This document shows positions 1-7,492 of a stretch of DNA of 24,790 bases, one piece after another; within the stretch, counting starts at the first letter, position 1; every line of letters starts with the position of its first letter. Under the pieces are notes generated by a model, which worked only from the letters and a program-made list of their open reading frames with translations, ran no database searches and was not told the DNA's origin. Both the position numbers and the translations under genes were made by a program. The stretch spans positions 1-24,790 of the forward strand of contig CAZCXK010000049.1 in NCBI GenBank assembly GCA_964502605.1. Direction: 5' to 3'. The DNA comes from an uncultured bacterium (GTDB lineage: Bacteria; Cyanobacteriota; Cyanobacteriia; CAZCXK01).

Positions 1-74
1 TCCATCCCTCCATCCCTCCATCCCTCCATCCCTCCATTCCTCCATCCCCCCATCCCTCCATCCCCCTATCCCCC
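1..74. repeat. Imperfect tandem octamer repeat (TCCATCCC)n, about 9 units. It is polypyrimidine on the + strand and cut by the 5' window edge.
   Basis: The repeat is read directly: tccatccc tccatccc tccatccc tccatccc tccattcc tccatccc ccatccc tccatccc cctatccccc. It ends 20 nt before the flotillin start codon, just upstream of an AAGGAG ribosome-binding site. Confidence 0.9.
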
Positions 75-93
75 TAAAAAGGAGATCTCCTTC

Positions 94-1401
94 ATGACCG
101 CACTCATTGTCGTATTAGGCGCATTGGCCCTAGGCTCTGGCAGCGCCTGGCTTGTGATCCGCAATCTCTACTACATCTGCCAGCCGTCAGAAGTCCTGAT
201 TTTTGCCGGAACCCCGACTCGGTTGGCTGACGGTGATACGGTTGGCTATCGCCTGGTTAAAGGCGGCAGCAGTCTGCAGATGCCCCTATTAGAAAAAACC
301 TTTCGGATGGATCTCACCAATATGATCATCGATCTTAAGGTGGTGGGAGCCTATAGCAAGGGGGGGATTCCCCTGACGGTGACAGGCGTTGCCAATATTA
401 AGATTGCGGGTTCGGAACCCACCATTCATAATGCCATCGAGCGCTTATTGGGCAAAAGCCGTAAGCAAATTGAAAAGCTGGCCAAAGAAACCCTGGATGG
501 TAACCTGCGTGGCGTATTGGCGAGTCTTACTCCTGAAGAAGCAAATGGCGATCAAATTGCCTTTGCTCGGAGCTTGCTAGAAGAAGCAGAAGAAGACTTA
601 GAAAAATTGGGGCTGATGCTGGACAGCTTACAAATCCAGACGATTTCTGATGATGTCGGCTACCTTGATAGCCTCGGGCGCAAACAGCAAGCTGAGCTGA
701 TTCGAGATGCCCGCATCGCTGAGGCTCAAGCCAAGGCGGAGTCAGTTGTTCAAGCTTCGATCAATGAACGTGAAACCGCGCTGCGAGAGCTGATGCGGGA
801 TGAAGAGATCGCCAAAATCGAAGCAATGAAAGGGGTCAGAGATGCCCTGACCAAACGGACTGCACTGGTAACCGAGGTGGAATCAATAGCAGCGGCTCAG
901 ATTGCTGAGATTGAAGCAGAAATCAAGGTTGAAAAAGAGCGGATTATCGAAACTGAGCATCGTCTGCAAGCAGATATTCTGGCACCCGCTGAGGCTCAAT
1001 GTCAGCGAGCTATTGCTGAGGCCAAAGGTAACGCTGCCAAAATCATTGAAGATGGGGAAGCCCAAGCCCTGGGATTACAGCGCCTCGGAGAAGTCTGGCA
1101 AGCTGCGGGGCAGGATGCTCGTGAAGTATTTCTCTATCAGAAAATTGAAGTACTGACACAGATGATTGCAGCTAGCGTTCCCAAAATTACGGTGGCAGAT
1201 GTAACAGTTATTGATGCTGAACATGGCACTCAAACGACTAAAATCGCAGCGTTTTTAGAGCAGCTAACCCAGACCACAGGAATTGATGTCAAACATCTGT
1301 TCAACCAGATGAACGGAAAACAAGCATCTATTTCAACAGCAGCGGCAATAGAGCCGATCAAGTCAGTTGATATGCAATCGGGCGATCGCCCAATAGTTTG
1401 A
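94..1401 (+). CDS. SPFH/band-7 family flotillin-like protein (FloA/YqiK type)
   Basis: This is a 435-aa ORF with an N-terminal hydrophobic segment (ALIVVLGALALGSGSAWLVI). An SPFH core follows, then a long Ala/Glu/Gln-rich coiled-coil region (AEAQAKAE..., EIEAEIKVEKERI...) typical of bacterial flotillins. An AAGGAG ribosome-binding site lies 8 nt upstream of the ATG. Confidence 0.8.
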   Translation: MTALIVVLGALALGSGSAWLVIRNLYYICQPSEVLIFAGTPTRLADGDTVGYRLVKGGSSLQMPLLEKTFRMDLTNMIIDLKVVGAYSKGGIPLTVTGVANIKIAGSEPTIHNAIERLLGKSRKQIEKLAKETLDGNLRGVLASLTPEEANGDQIAFARSLLEEAEEDLEKLGLMLDSLQIQTISDDVGYLDSLGRKQQAELIRDARIAEAQAKAESVVQASINERETALRELMRDEEIAKIEAMKGVRDALTKRTALVTEVESIAAAQIAEIEAEIKVEKERIIETEHRLQADILAPAEAQCQRAIAEAKGNAAKIIEDGEAQALGLQRLGEVWQAAGQDAREVFLYQKIEVLTQMIAASVPKITVADVTVIDAEHGTQTTKIAAFLEQLTQTTGIDVKHLFNQMNGKQASISTAAAIEPIKSVDMQSGDRPIV

Positions 1402-1588
1402 CAGGTAGACCCTTCCGTCTTTGCGGATTTTTCGAGTTGCCCTGATGTCAGCCTTGCCAGAGACTATGAGTTTACAGACGAAGGGCTCAACTTCATCATC
1501 AACTACGATATCAACTACCGCATGGGCATCGACTCCCTAGAGGATAGTGATGATTAGATTTAGTATTTAAATTCGCTAGCAAGCACTC

Positions 1589-2683
1589 CTAAGACGAGAC
1601 CCACTTTTCAAGGTACTTATCAACTTTAACCAAGAACTTATTGTGATTTTGGTATGGAATGATTTCGACCTTCTTTAGGCGGCCCACTAAAATACCAGGA
1701 TGTCGCCCCTGAGATTTTGCAAAATCTTCCACCCTTTTCGCCGAAAAATATGGAGAAGTTTTGTCAACAAAATTGTTTAAGGCTTGCGCATCTAGTAGCC
1801 AGTTTGCTGCTAGTTGATTAGCCTCGGTTTCTTCTTGATTAACTTCCAAGTCATCCATATTGTCTAAATAGCTGCCCTCGTGACCTGCCACAATATGGCC
1901 TAGTTCGTGCATTAGCGTAAACCAAAAATTATCAATTCGCTTATATCTCAACGTCAGCGCAACCACCGGCCTGCCTTCTATGTGAAATGCTGCCCCATCT
2001 AAGTAGGTCTTATCCAAATGGGGCACAATGGCAAAATGTACGCCAAGGCTAAGAAGTTTATCTGGTACTAAAGCCACATTCTCTGCCTGAGCCGATAAAG
2101 CCAGAATTTCAGGAATCGCTGCCTCCAGCTTGGCTTGGTCAAAGGCAGTGAGCTTTTGAGCTCGCACAACCCTTTCAACCTGTTTCATCCAGGCGATCTG
2201 AGCCTGAGTCTCTGGGGCTCGCTTTTCAGATTGCCGACAGTTAACTGCCAGCTTTGGGGGCTCCCCAATCTGATCAATCTCGAAAAAACTACAAACCTGT
2301 TGCTCAAGTTCATCAATCGAGTTAGCCGATTCAATCCATCCCCGCTTAATCATCTCTGCGACCGGGGCAAAGCTGTAGAGACGGCTTTTACGAGCAATTT
2401 CACTCATCTCTGATGGGTTCTTAGCTTTCTTCTGGGCCACATGCAGCCGATATTTTGCCTCTAAGTTTGTCCAAAACTCAGCAGAGGTGCCCAATGCTTC
2501 AGCTAACTCAATCGCCGTCTCAGGTGTAATTTGCTTGTTTCCTTTGACGATGCCATTGATGGTTTGGTGAGGTCGCCCCATAATCTCGGCCAAGTCTTTT
2601 TGAGTCCATCCCCTGGCTTCGAGTTCTCGGTTCAAAATTCTTCCAGGCGGTGAAACCCTTGCTGGTGCTAATGTCTGAGTCAT
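1589..2683 (-). CDS. higA: HigA-type HTH (XRE-family) antitoxin fused to an ImmA/IrrE-family (COG2856) Zn metallopeptidase domain
   Basis: The N-terminus (ILNRELEARGWTQKDLAEIMGRPHQTINGIVKGNKQITPETAIELAEALGTSAEFWTNLEAKY) matches the HigA / VapI addiction-module antidote helix-turn-helix. The C-terminal half carries HEXXH plus a downstream Glu (FTLMHELGHIVAGHEG...EETEANQLAANWLL), the ImmA/IrrE metallopeptidase signature. A strong ribosome-binding site (GGGAGGAGAGG) precedes the ATG, which lies 24 nt downstream of the higB stop codon. Confidence 0.8.
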   Translation of the reverse strand: MTQTLAPARVSPPGRILNRELEARGWTQKDLAEIMGRPHQTINGIVKGNKQITPETAIELAEALGTSAEFWTNLEAKYRLHVAQKKAKNPSEMSEIARKSRLYSFAPVAEMIKRGWIESANSIDELEQQVCSFFEIDQIGEPPKLAVNCRQSEKRAPETQAQIAWMKQVERVVRAQKLTAFDQAKLEAAIPEILALSAQAENVALVPDKLLSLGVHFAIVPHLDKTYLDGAAFHIEGRPVVALTLRYKRIDNFWFTLMHELGHIVAGHEGSYLDNMDDLEVNQEETEANQLAANWLLDAQALNNFVDKTSPYFSAKRVEDFAKSQGRHPGILVGRLKKVEIIPYQNHNKFLVKVDKYLEKWVSS

Positions 2684-2707
2684 GCCTCTCCTCCCTTAGT
2701 GCCTGAT

Positions 2708-2998
2708 TCAGTGATAGTCTTCAATAGCAATGATCAGTAGATATCCTCCCTCTTCATCCTTCTCAATGGCGACAATTAGCCGCCACTGTTTGTTTAATCG
2801 TAGAGACCGTTCTCTTGGTCGTCCTTTGAGCTTTTCAAAGTGAAAGCCTTTTAGGGCGTATAGATCACGCTCATCTCTAGCAGCGGCGATCGCGTTCATG
2901 GCGTCAAAGAAATCGTCTATGACGTTAGGGTACTTATGGGCATTTTTCTCCTCGGTATAAAGAGCTTCTAGCCTTTTCTGCTTGAATTTGAACCTCAA
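2708..2998 (-). CDS. higB: HigB toxin (RelE/ParE superfamily, plasmid-maintenance-system killer protein)
   Basis: The 96-aa protein shows the HigB killer-protein pattern (MRFKFKQKRLEALY...LKGFHFEKLKGRPRE.SLRLNKQWRLIVAIE...IIAIEDYH), including the C-terminal EDYH seen in Proteus-type HigB. It appears to use a TTG start codon with a GGGAGG ribosome-binding site 9 nt upstream. It lies directly upstream of higA in the toxin-first order typical of higBA. Confidence 0.8.
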   Translation of the reverse strand: MRFKFKQKRLEALYTEEKNAHKYPNVIDDFFDAMNAIAAARDERDLYALKGFHFEKLKGRPRERSLRLNKQWRLIVAIEKDEEGGYLLIIAIEDYH

Positions 2999-3351
2999 GA
3001 GAATGCCTCCCCAACCGCAGTGACCGATTTTGGAACATCATAGCGTATACCGAATTCAGCGATGGGGTGAATCACTGAATATAGTTTATCGATTCTGGGT
3101 GAATTTTTGTATACAGGCTGACTTGTCAAGCGAGTTCAGGCTGTTTACCTCCACTTGCTCAGGAGTAAGGCGCTATGGATAGTGCCTCGTGTACGATACG
3201 GCTAGGTTAAGATCTAGATGTTGATTGTAAAGATATATTTGGAATTCTCTAAGGCGGTTGCTAGACTATATGACCTCTCCCGACAGGAGCCAGTTGTTTA
3301 GAATCGCCTCTAACCAGCCCACCCATCTCCTCATCCCCTTTTCTAGCAATC

Positions 3352-5277
3352 TCACAAGGGCGATCGCCTCCAAATCTTCAGCGCTCCATCCCAACTGCCG
3401 CTGACCAGAGTCGATGCCTCAGCAAACGCCACCGACCACACCCAACCCAAGTGGCCACTGAGCACCGTCAGACATTGATAGGTTTGCAAATCCCATAGGC
3501 GAATCGTTTTATCACTGCCTGCACTGGCTAACATCAACCCATCTGGGCTAAAGGCCACCGCATTCACGGCGCTGTTGTGCTCGACAAACTGATGCATCGG
3601 TTGACCGCTGTGCAAATTCCACAGGCGCACAGTTTGATCAGAACTGGCACTCGCCAGCAATGGCTTTGTGGGATGCATTGCCACCGACAAAATTTCAGCC
3701 GTGTGATCGGTCAGAGTGTGCATACAGCAACCTGTTTGGGTTTGCCACAGTCGAATCGTGTAATCGCGACTGCCACTGGCAAGGATAGCCCCATCGGGGC
3801 TGATAGCCGTGCTCAAGACCCAATGCTCATGCCCCGTCAGCGTGCGCGATATGGTACGTGTCGCGAGTTGCCAAATGCGGACGGTCTTATCTTGTGCTCC
3901 GCTAATCAAATGCGCCCCATCTGGACTAAAGGTAACCGTTCGCACCCAGTCGGTGTGCCCATTGAGAATGGCGATCGCCTCCCCAGTCTTTCGGTGCCAC
4001 AGGCGAATGGTGCGGTCGTTGCTGGCACTGGCAACGGTGACATTATCCGGGGCGATCGCCACCCCACGCACCCAACTAGTATGCCCCTCTAGCGTATGCA
4101 AGAGCGTGCCATCCGGCACTGACCAAAGCTTTACGGTTTTGTCGCCGCTGCCACTCGCCAAGACACGGCCATCACCACTCACAGCCACCGATCGCACCCA
4201 AGCGGCATGAGCCGCAACGGTTTGCAAACACTGCCATGCCGATGTGGAGGCATTTGGAGCAGGGGCCGGTGACATCAGCTCATTGGCCGCAGAGCGTGAC
4301 ACATCTGAGATAAACAGCGCCGCATCCTGGCGCGATCGCCTCGGTGATATCGGCACAAACGTAGGGCGATCGGAAACATCTGACGCACTGCTCTGTAAAT
4401 CAGTAATCACGGCCTCAGCCGATCGATATCGGTCGGTAATCTGAACCTGGAGCAGCTTGTCCAAGATTTGCCCTAGCGCCTCACTGATGGGGTGCTTGAG
4501 ATGGGGTCGCCATGTCCATCCGGGAGGCTGACGACGAAACATGGCGGTGGGAGGTTTTTCAGTCAATAGCTGAATGCAAGTCACCCCCAAACTAAAGAGA
4601 TCACTCGCGAAGGTGGCACGCCCCACGGCTTGCTCAGGGGCAGTGTAGCCGCGACTGCCGATTTTAGTGCCTGCCTGCAACAGATTGCTGGGAGTTGCAA
4701 ATTTGGCAGCGCCAAAATCAACCAGCACGAGCTGGTCATCCGCTTGACGACAGATGATGTTTTCTGGCTTGATATCGCGGTGAATCACCTGATGCGTATG
4801 GATGAAATGCAGCACAGGCAATAAGTGATTGAGCAATTGCCGAATCTGGCTTTCATCGAAGGCTCTCGATCGGCGCAGCATCTGCTGCAAGTTTTGCCCG
4901 TCAATAAATTCTTGGATCAGGTATTGCCGCCGATCTTGCTCAAAGTGAGCCAGCAGTTCTGGAATTTGAGGATGCTGGCCCAACTCTTCTAGTCGCATCG
5001 CTTCTTGCTGAAAGAGGGCGATCGCTTGATCAAACTCATCGTCTCGCTTCGACTGAATAAACGATTGCTTGATGACGCAATAGGGTTTAGACGGCTTATG
5101 TTCGTCAATGGCGAGAAACGTGCGGCCAAAGCCTCCTTGCCCAATGGGCTTCTGGGCACGATAGCGATCGCCCAATAGCAACTTTGCCCCGCAGTTTGAA
5201 CAAAATTTTGCCTGCTCTGGGTGTGGCGATCGCTGATGACCCGGTTCAAGACAGTCTGGGTTGAGGCAATAGCTCAT
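3352..5277 (-). CDS. Ser/Thr protein kinase with an N-terminal zinc ribbon and C-terminal WD40 repeats (7 blades)
   Basis: The kinase motifs GQGGFGRT, VIKQ, HRDIKPENI and DFG are present. The N-terminus MSYCLNPDC...CSNCGAKLLLGDRYRA is the zinc-ribbon start typical of cyanobacterial Ser/Thr kinases. The C-terminal half holds repeated GH..WV..VA.SPDG....SGS.D.T.RLW WD40 units. The ORF track extends to 5367 (MSVNQG...), but the conserved N-terminus begins at the internal Met encoded at 5277, so I prefer that start. Confidence 0.85.
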   Translation of the reverse strand: MSYCLNPDCLEPGHQRSPHPEQAKFCSNCGAKLLLGDRYRAQKPIGQGGFGRTFLAIDEHKPSKPYCVIKQSFIQSKRDDEFDQAIALFQQEAMRLEELGQHPQIPELLAHFEQDRRQYLIQEFIDGQNLQQMLRRSRAFDESQIRQLLNHLLPVLHFIHTHQVIHRDIKPENIICRQADDQLVLVDFGAAKFATPSNLLQAGTKIGSRGYTAPEQAVGRATFASDLFSLGVTCIQLLTEKPPTAMFRRQPPGWTWRPHLKHPISEALGQILDKLLQVQITDRYRSAEAVITDLQSSASDVSDRPTFVPISPRRSRQDAALFISDVSRSAANELMSPAPAPNASTSAWQCLQTVAAHAAWVRSVAVSGDGRVLASGSGDKTVKLWSVPDGTLLHTLEGHTSWVRGVAIAPDNVTVASASNDRTIRLWHRKTGEAIAILNGHTDWVRTVTFSPDGAHLISGAQDKTVRIWQLATRTISRTLTGHEHWVLSTAISPDGAILASGSRDYTIRLWQTQTGCCMHTLTDHTAEILSVAMHPTKPLLASASSDQTVRLWNLHSGQPMHQFVEHNSAVNAVAFSPDGLMLASAGSDKTIRLWDLQTYQCLTVLSGHLGWVWSVAFAEASTLVSGSWDGALKIWRRSPL

Positions 5278-5360
5278 AGTCGGGGCAAACGCGTAGATTG
5301 AATCTATCCTAATTCCTCTACTACCATCTAAAGCGAAATAAAAGACGCAGCCCTGATTGA

Positions 5361-5508
5361 CCGACAAAACTGTTTACAACCCATATGCGGCATTGGGTCA
5401 GGAGCCCTGCCCCCCTACATCAGGTGAAATATTACCGACAAAACTGTTTACAACCCATATATGGCATTGGATCAGGAGCCCTGCCCCTCTACATCAGGTG
5501 AAATACTA
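5361..5508. repeat. Two tandem copies of a 74-bp element with about 93% identity
   Basis: Copy one (5361-5434) reads ccgacaaaactgtttacaacccatatgcggcattgggtcaggagccctgcccccctacatcaggtgaaatatta. Copy two (5435-5508) reads ccgacaaaactgtttacaacccatatatggcattggatcaggagccctgcccctctacatcaggtgaaatacta. They sit between the kinase start and the stop of the next minus-strand gene. Confidence 0.9.
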
Positions 5509-5552
5509 TAAGGGTATCGAGCGCTAGACCACTGCACCCGTCTGCCAACTTC

Positions 5553-5906
5553 TCACAACAACGCAATCAAAATGCTGATCACCACTAGACCTGCCAGCAC
5601 TAAAAGAGCCGTATTGCGCCGCAGCCAAAACTTGACCGCACTCGAAAAGCTAGGGCGATAGGGGGGAGGAAGTTCAGGCTGATTTTGGTCAAGATAAAGC
5701 GTGCATTGCTTAGCCTCAGGGCGCTGCGGAAAATTGCAGGTGTCGTCATGGTGATAGACACAGGTTTTGCAGAGAAAGTCGTCTCCGACCGACTGATGCA
5801 GCGGAATCCCTGGATGGCCAAAGGCCTTGAGCGGGGTGCGACAATAGGGGCAGGCGATCGCCTGCGAATCAATCGGTTGTTGGCAGCGCGGACATGTCAG
5901 CATCAA
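5553..5906 (-). CDS. Cys-rich double zinc-ribbon protein with a C-terminal transmembrane anchor (hypothetical)
   Basis: CPRC...CPYC and CKTC...C pairs form two zinc-ribbon-like motifs. A hydrophobic C-terminal helix follows (ALLVLAGLVVISILIALL). Codon usage resembles the neighbouring genes. No specific family is recognised. Confidence 0.55.
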   Translation of the reverse strand: MMLTCPRCQQPIDSQAIACPYCRTPLKAFGHPGIPLHQSVGDDFLCKTCVYHHDDTCNFPQRPEAKQCTLYLDQNQPELPPPYRPSFSSAVKFWLRRNTALLVLAGLVVISILIALL

Positions 5907-6142
5907 CTCTGGCCCCAGTCAACTATGAAACTGCTCTCAAACGCTATAGATGTTTTAGTGCATTACACACGTTGACAATCCACACTCGTTTGCGGTCAAC
6001 CTCCCATGCCTAGCCTAGCGTGATCAGGTGCATCCTCTCAGGGGCGATCGCCCCATCCGAAAGAAGTCCATGATGACGGCTTAAATCTGCCAGAATAAAG
6101 CAGTAGGCTGGAGGCAGTTTATGTTGGCATCTTGTGCTGAGA

Positions 6143-6174
6143 TCATAGACTTGCCCAATCATAGACTTGCCCAC
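6143..6174. promoter_or_regulatory. Perfect 16-bp tandem duplication (ATCATAGACTTGCCCA x2) in the divergent promoter region
   Basis: The duplication is read directly at 6143-6158 and 6159-6174. It lies 52 bp upstream of the 6227 ORF and about 240 bp upstream of the divergent 5906 gene. Confidence 0.6.
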
Positions 6175-6226
6175 AATCGATTCAGCCTCGGTTCAGCCCA
6201 TCTGCAAGAACGCCGCATGAATCATC

Positions 6227-6550
6227 ATGAATAATAACGACATCCTGAAACAACTGTTAATGATCGGAATTGGCACCACGTCTCTCGTGGCCGAGAAGGT
6301 GCGAGAGGTGAGCAACCAATGGGTTAAAGACGGCAAGCTTGATTCAGAACAAGCCAGCAGCTTTGTTGACGACCTGCTGCAGCAGTTGCGGTCTGAGCAG
6401 ACAAATTTTGAATCGCAGATGCAGCGCCAAATGCGCAACGTCTTGCAAGATCTGGGGGTGCCTCGTCAAAACGAAATGGACGAACTCAGAGGTCGCCTCG
6501 ATCGCCTTGAGCGGCAAATGCGCGATCTGGAAAATAAGATGTGGCGCTAG
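6227..6550 (+). CDS. Phasin-family / PHA-granule-associated-like coiled-coil protein
   Basis: The 107-aa protein has an N-terminus (ILKQLLMIGIGTTSLVAEKVREV...) resembling the phasin_2 / PHA-granule regulator pattern. The C-terminus is a coiled coil (DELRGRLDRLERQMRDLENKM). Assignment to this family is by eye. Confidence 0.5.
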   Translation: MNNNDILKQLLMIGIGTTSLVAEKVREVSNQWVKDGKLDSEQASSFVDDLLQQLRSEQTNFESQMQRQMRNVLQDLGVPRQNEMDELRGRLDRLERQMRDLENKMWR

Positions 6551-6681
6551 CAGGCTGGCTGAGTCGATTGGTTTGCAAGTCTCGGCGTCAGGTCTCGGTT
6601 CTCTGCAATGAAATCTGTGAGCCAAACCAAGGTGTATAGTATTGGCGAGCATGAAAGCGATCGCCAGGGAGGAATTTAAGC

Positions 6682-7380
6682 GTGCGAGAGATTCTAATTA
6701 GCTTTGGAGTGATGATCACCTGCGTGATTGTGCTCATTGGAGCCCAAATTTTAGGCCCCCGACCAGCGGCAGTGGCAGCAGAGTTGCCATCTCCTCCGAT
6801 CGTGGCAGATACGGCGGTTGCAGATACATCTGTCTTGGATGACTCTGTTTTAGACGAATCTGCCGCAAAGTTGGCGGCTTCCGATGCGTCTGCAGATGCG
6901 TCTGCAACAGACCCTTCGCATTCAGTAGAGCCGCTCCTCATGGCTCAGCAGCCGGGAGGAGCCGCCGATTTAGAAGCACTTCCACCCACATCAGCAGCCC
7001 CCTTACCCGAAGAAGACGCAATGTCTATAGACGAAGCACCTGTCACAACAGCATCTGGCCTGCAATATGTCGATGTCGTGGAAGGCGCTGGAGCCTCCCC
7101 TGAAGCAGGTCAGACGGTCACCGTTCACTACACCGGCACTTTAGCCGATGGCACCAAGTTTGACAGCTCGCGCGATCGCGATCGCCCCTTTTCGTTTCGC
7201 ATTGGCGTGGGTCAGGTGATTCGCGGCTGGGATGAAGGCGTCATCAGCATGAAGGTCGGTGGGCAGCGCAAGCTCATCATCCCACCTGAACTGGGCTATG
7301 GAGAGCGAGGTGCTGGAGGCGTGATTCCGCCGAATGCCACGTTGCTATTTGATGTTGAGCTGTTGCGAATTGCAGGGTAA
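6682..7380 (+). CDS. FKBP-type peptidyl-prolyl cis-trans isomerase with an N-terminal transmembrane/signal segment and a low-complexity acidic linker
   Basis: The C-terminal domain GLQYVDVVEGAGASPEAGQTVTVHYTGTLADGTKFDSSRDRDRPFSFRIGVGQVIRGWDEGVISMKVGGQRKLIIPPELGYGERGAGGVIPPNATLLFDVELL is a canonical FKBP fold. The gene uses a GTG start, and a hydrophobic N-terminus suggests export. Confidence 0.85.
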   Translation: MREILISFGVMITCVIVLIGAQILGPRPAAVAAELPSPPIVADTAVADTSVLDDSVLDESAAKLAASDASADASATDPSHSVEPLLMAQQPGGAADLEALPPTSAAPLPEEDAMSIDEAPVTTASGLQYVDVVEGAGASPEAGQTVTVHYTGTLADGTKFDSSRDRDRPFSFRIGVGQVIRGWDEGVISMKVGGQRKLIIPPELGYGERGAGGVIPPNATLLFDVELLRIAG

Positions 7381-7492
7381 TGACAAGGCAATGATCTGAG
7401 TCTGGCGCTGAGAGTCTCCTGGGCAACATTGGGCGATCGCTGTTATTCTAAACGGATAACTAGTACTCAAGAACTACCAGCAAGCTAGACGT

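Noticed and set aside
1402-1588. Possible rho-independent terminator after the flotillin gene (ccgtctttgcgg + attttt)
   Set aside because: The stem is only 3-4 bp and the T-run is interrupted. It is too weak to call.
3577-4444. Plus-strand ORFs of 171, 133 and 66 aa inside the kinase-WD40 gene
   Set aside because: They are antisense to a strongly supported WD40-coding region, are Arg/Cys-rich with odd composition, and have no ribosome-binding sites. They are shadow ORFs produced by GC-rich codon usage.
5278-5367. N-terminal 30-codon extension of the kinase ORF (MSVNQGCVFYFALDGSRGIRIDSIYAFAPT)
   Set aside because: The conserved cyanobacterial Ser/Thr kinase zinc-ribbon N-terminus (MSYCLNPDC) starts at the internal Met. 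The extension is probably just an open frame upstream of the real start, so the CDS is reported from 5277.
94-5367. The flotillin, higBA-peptidase and kinase genes as a single mobile or defence island
   Set aside because: I found no integrase, transposase, flanking direct repeats or tRNA target, and could not detect a clear compositional break by eye. Only the toxin-antitoxin module itself looks accessory.
6588-6941. 117-aa minus-strand ORF antisense to the FKBP gene
   Set aside because: It overlaps the clear FKBP CDS on the opposite strand and has low-complexity Ala/Ser composition that mirrors the FKBP acidic linker. It is a shadow ORF.
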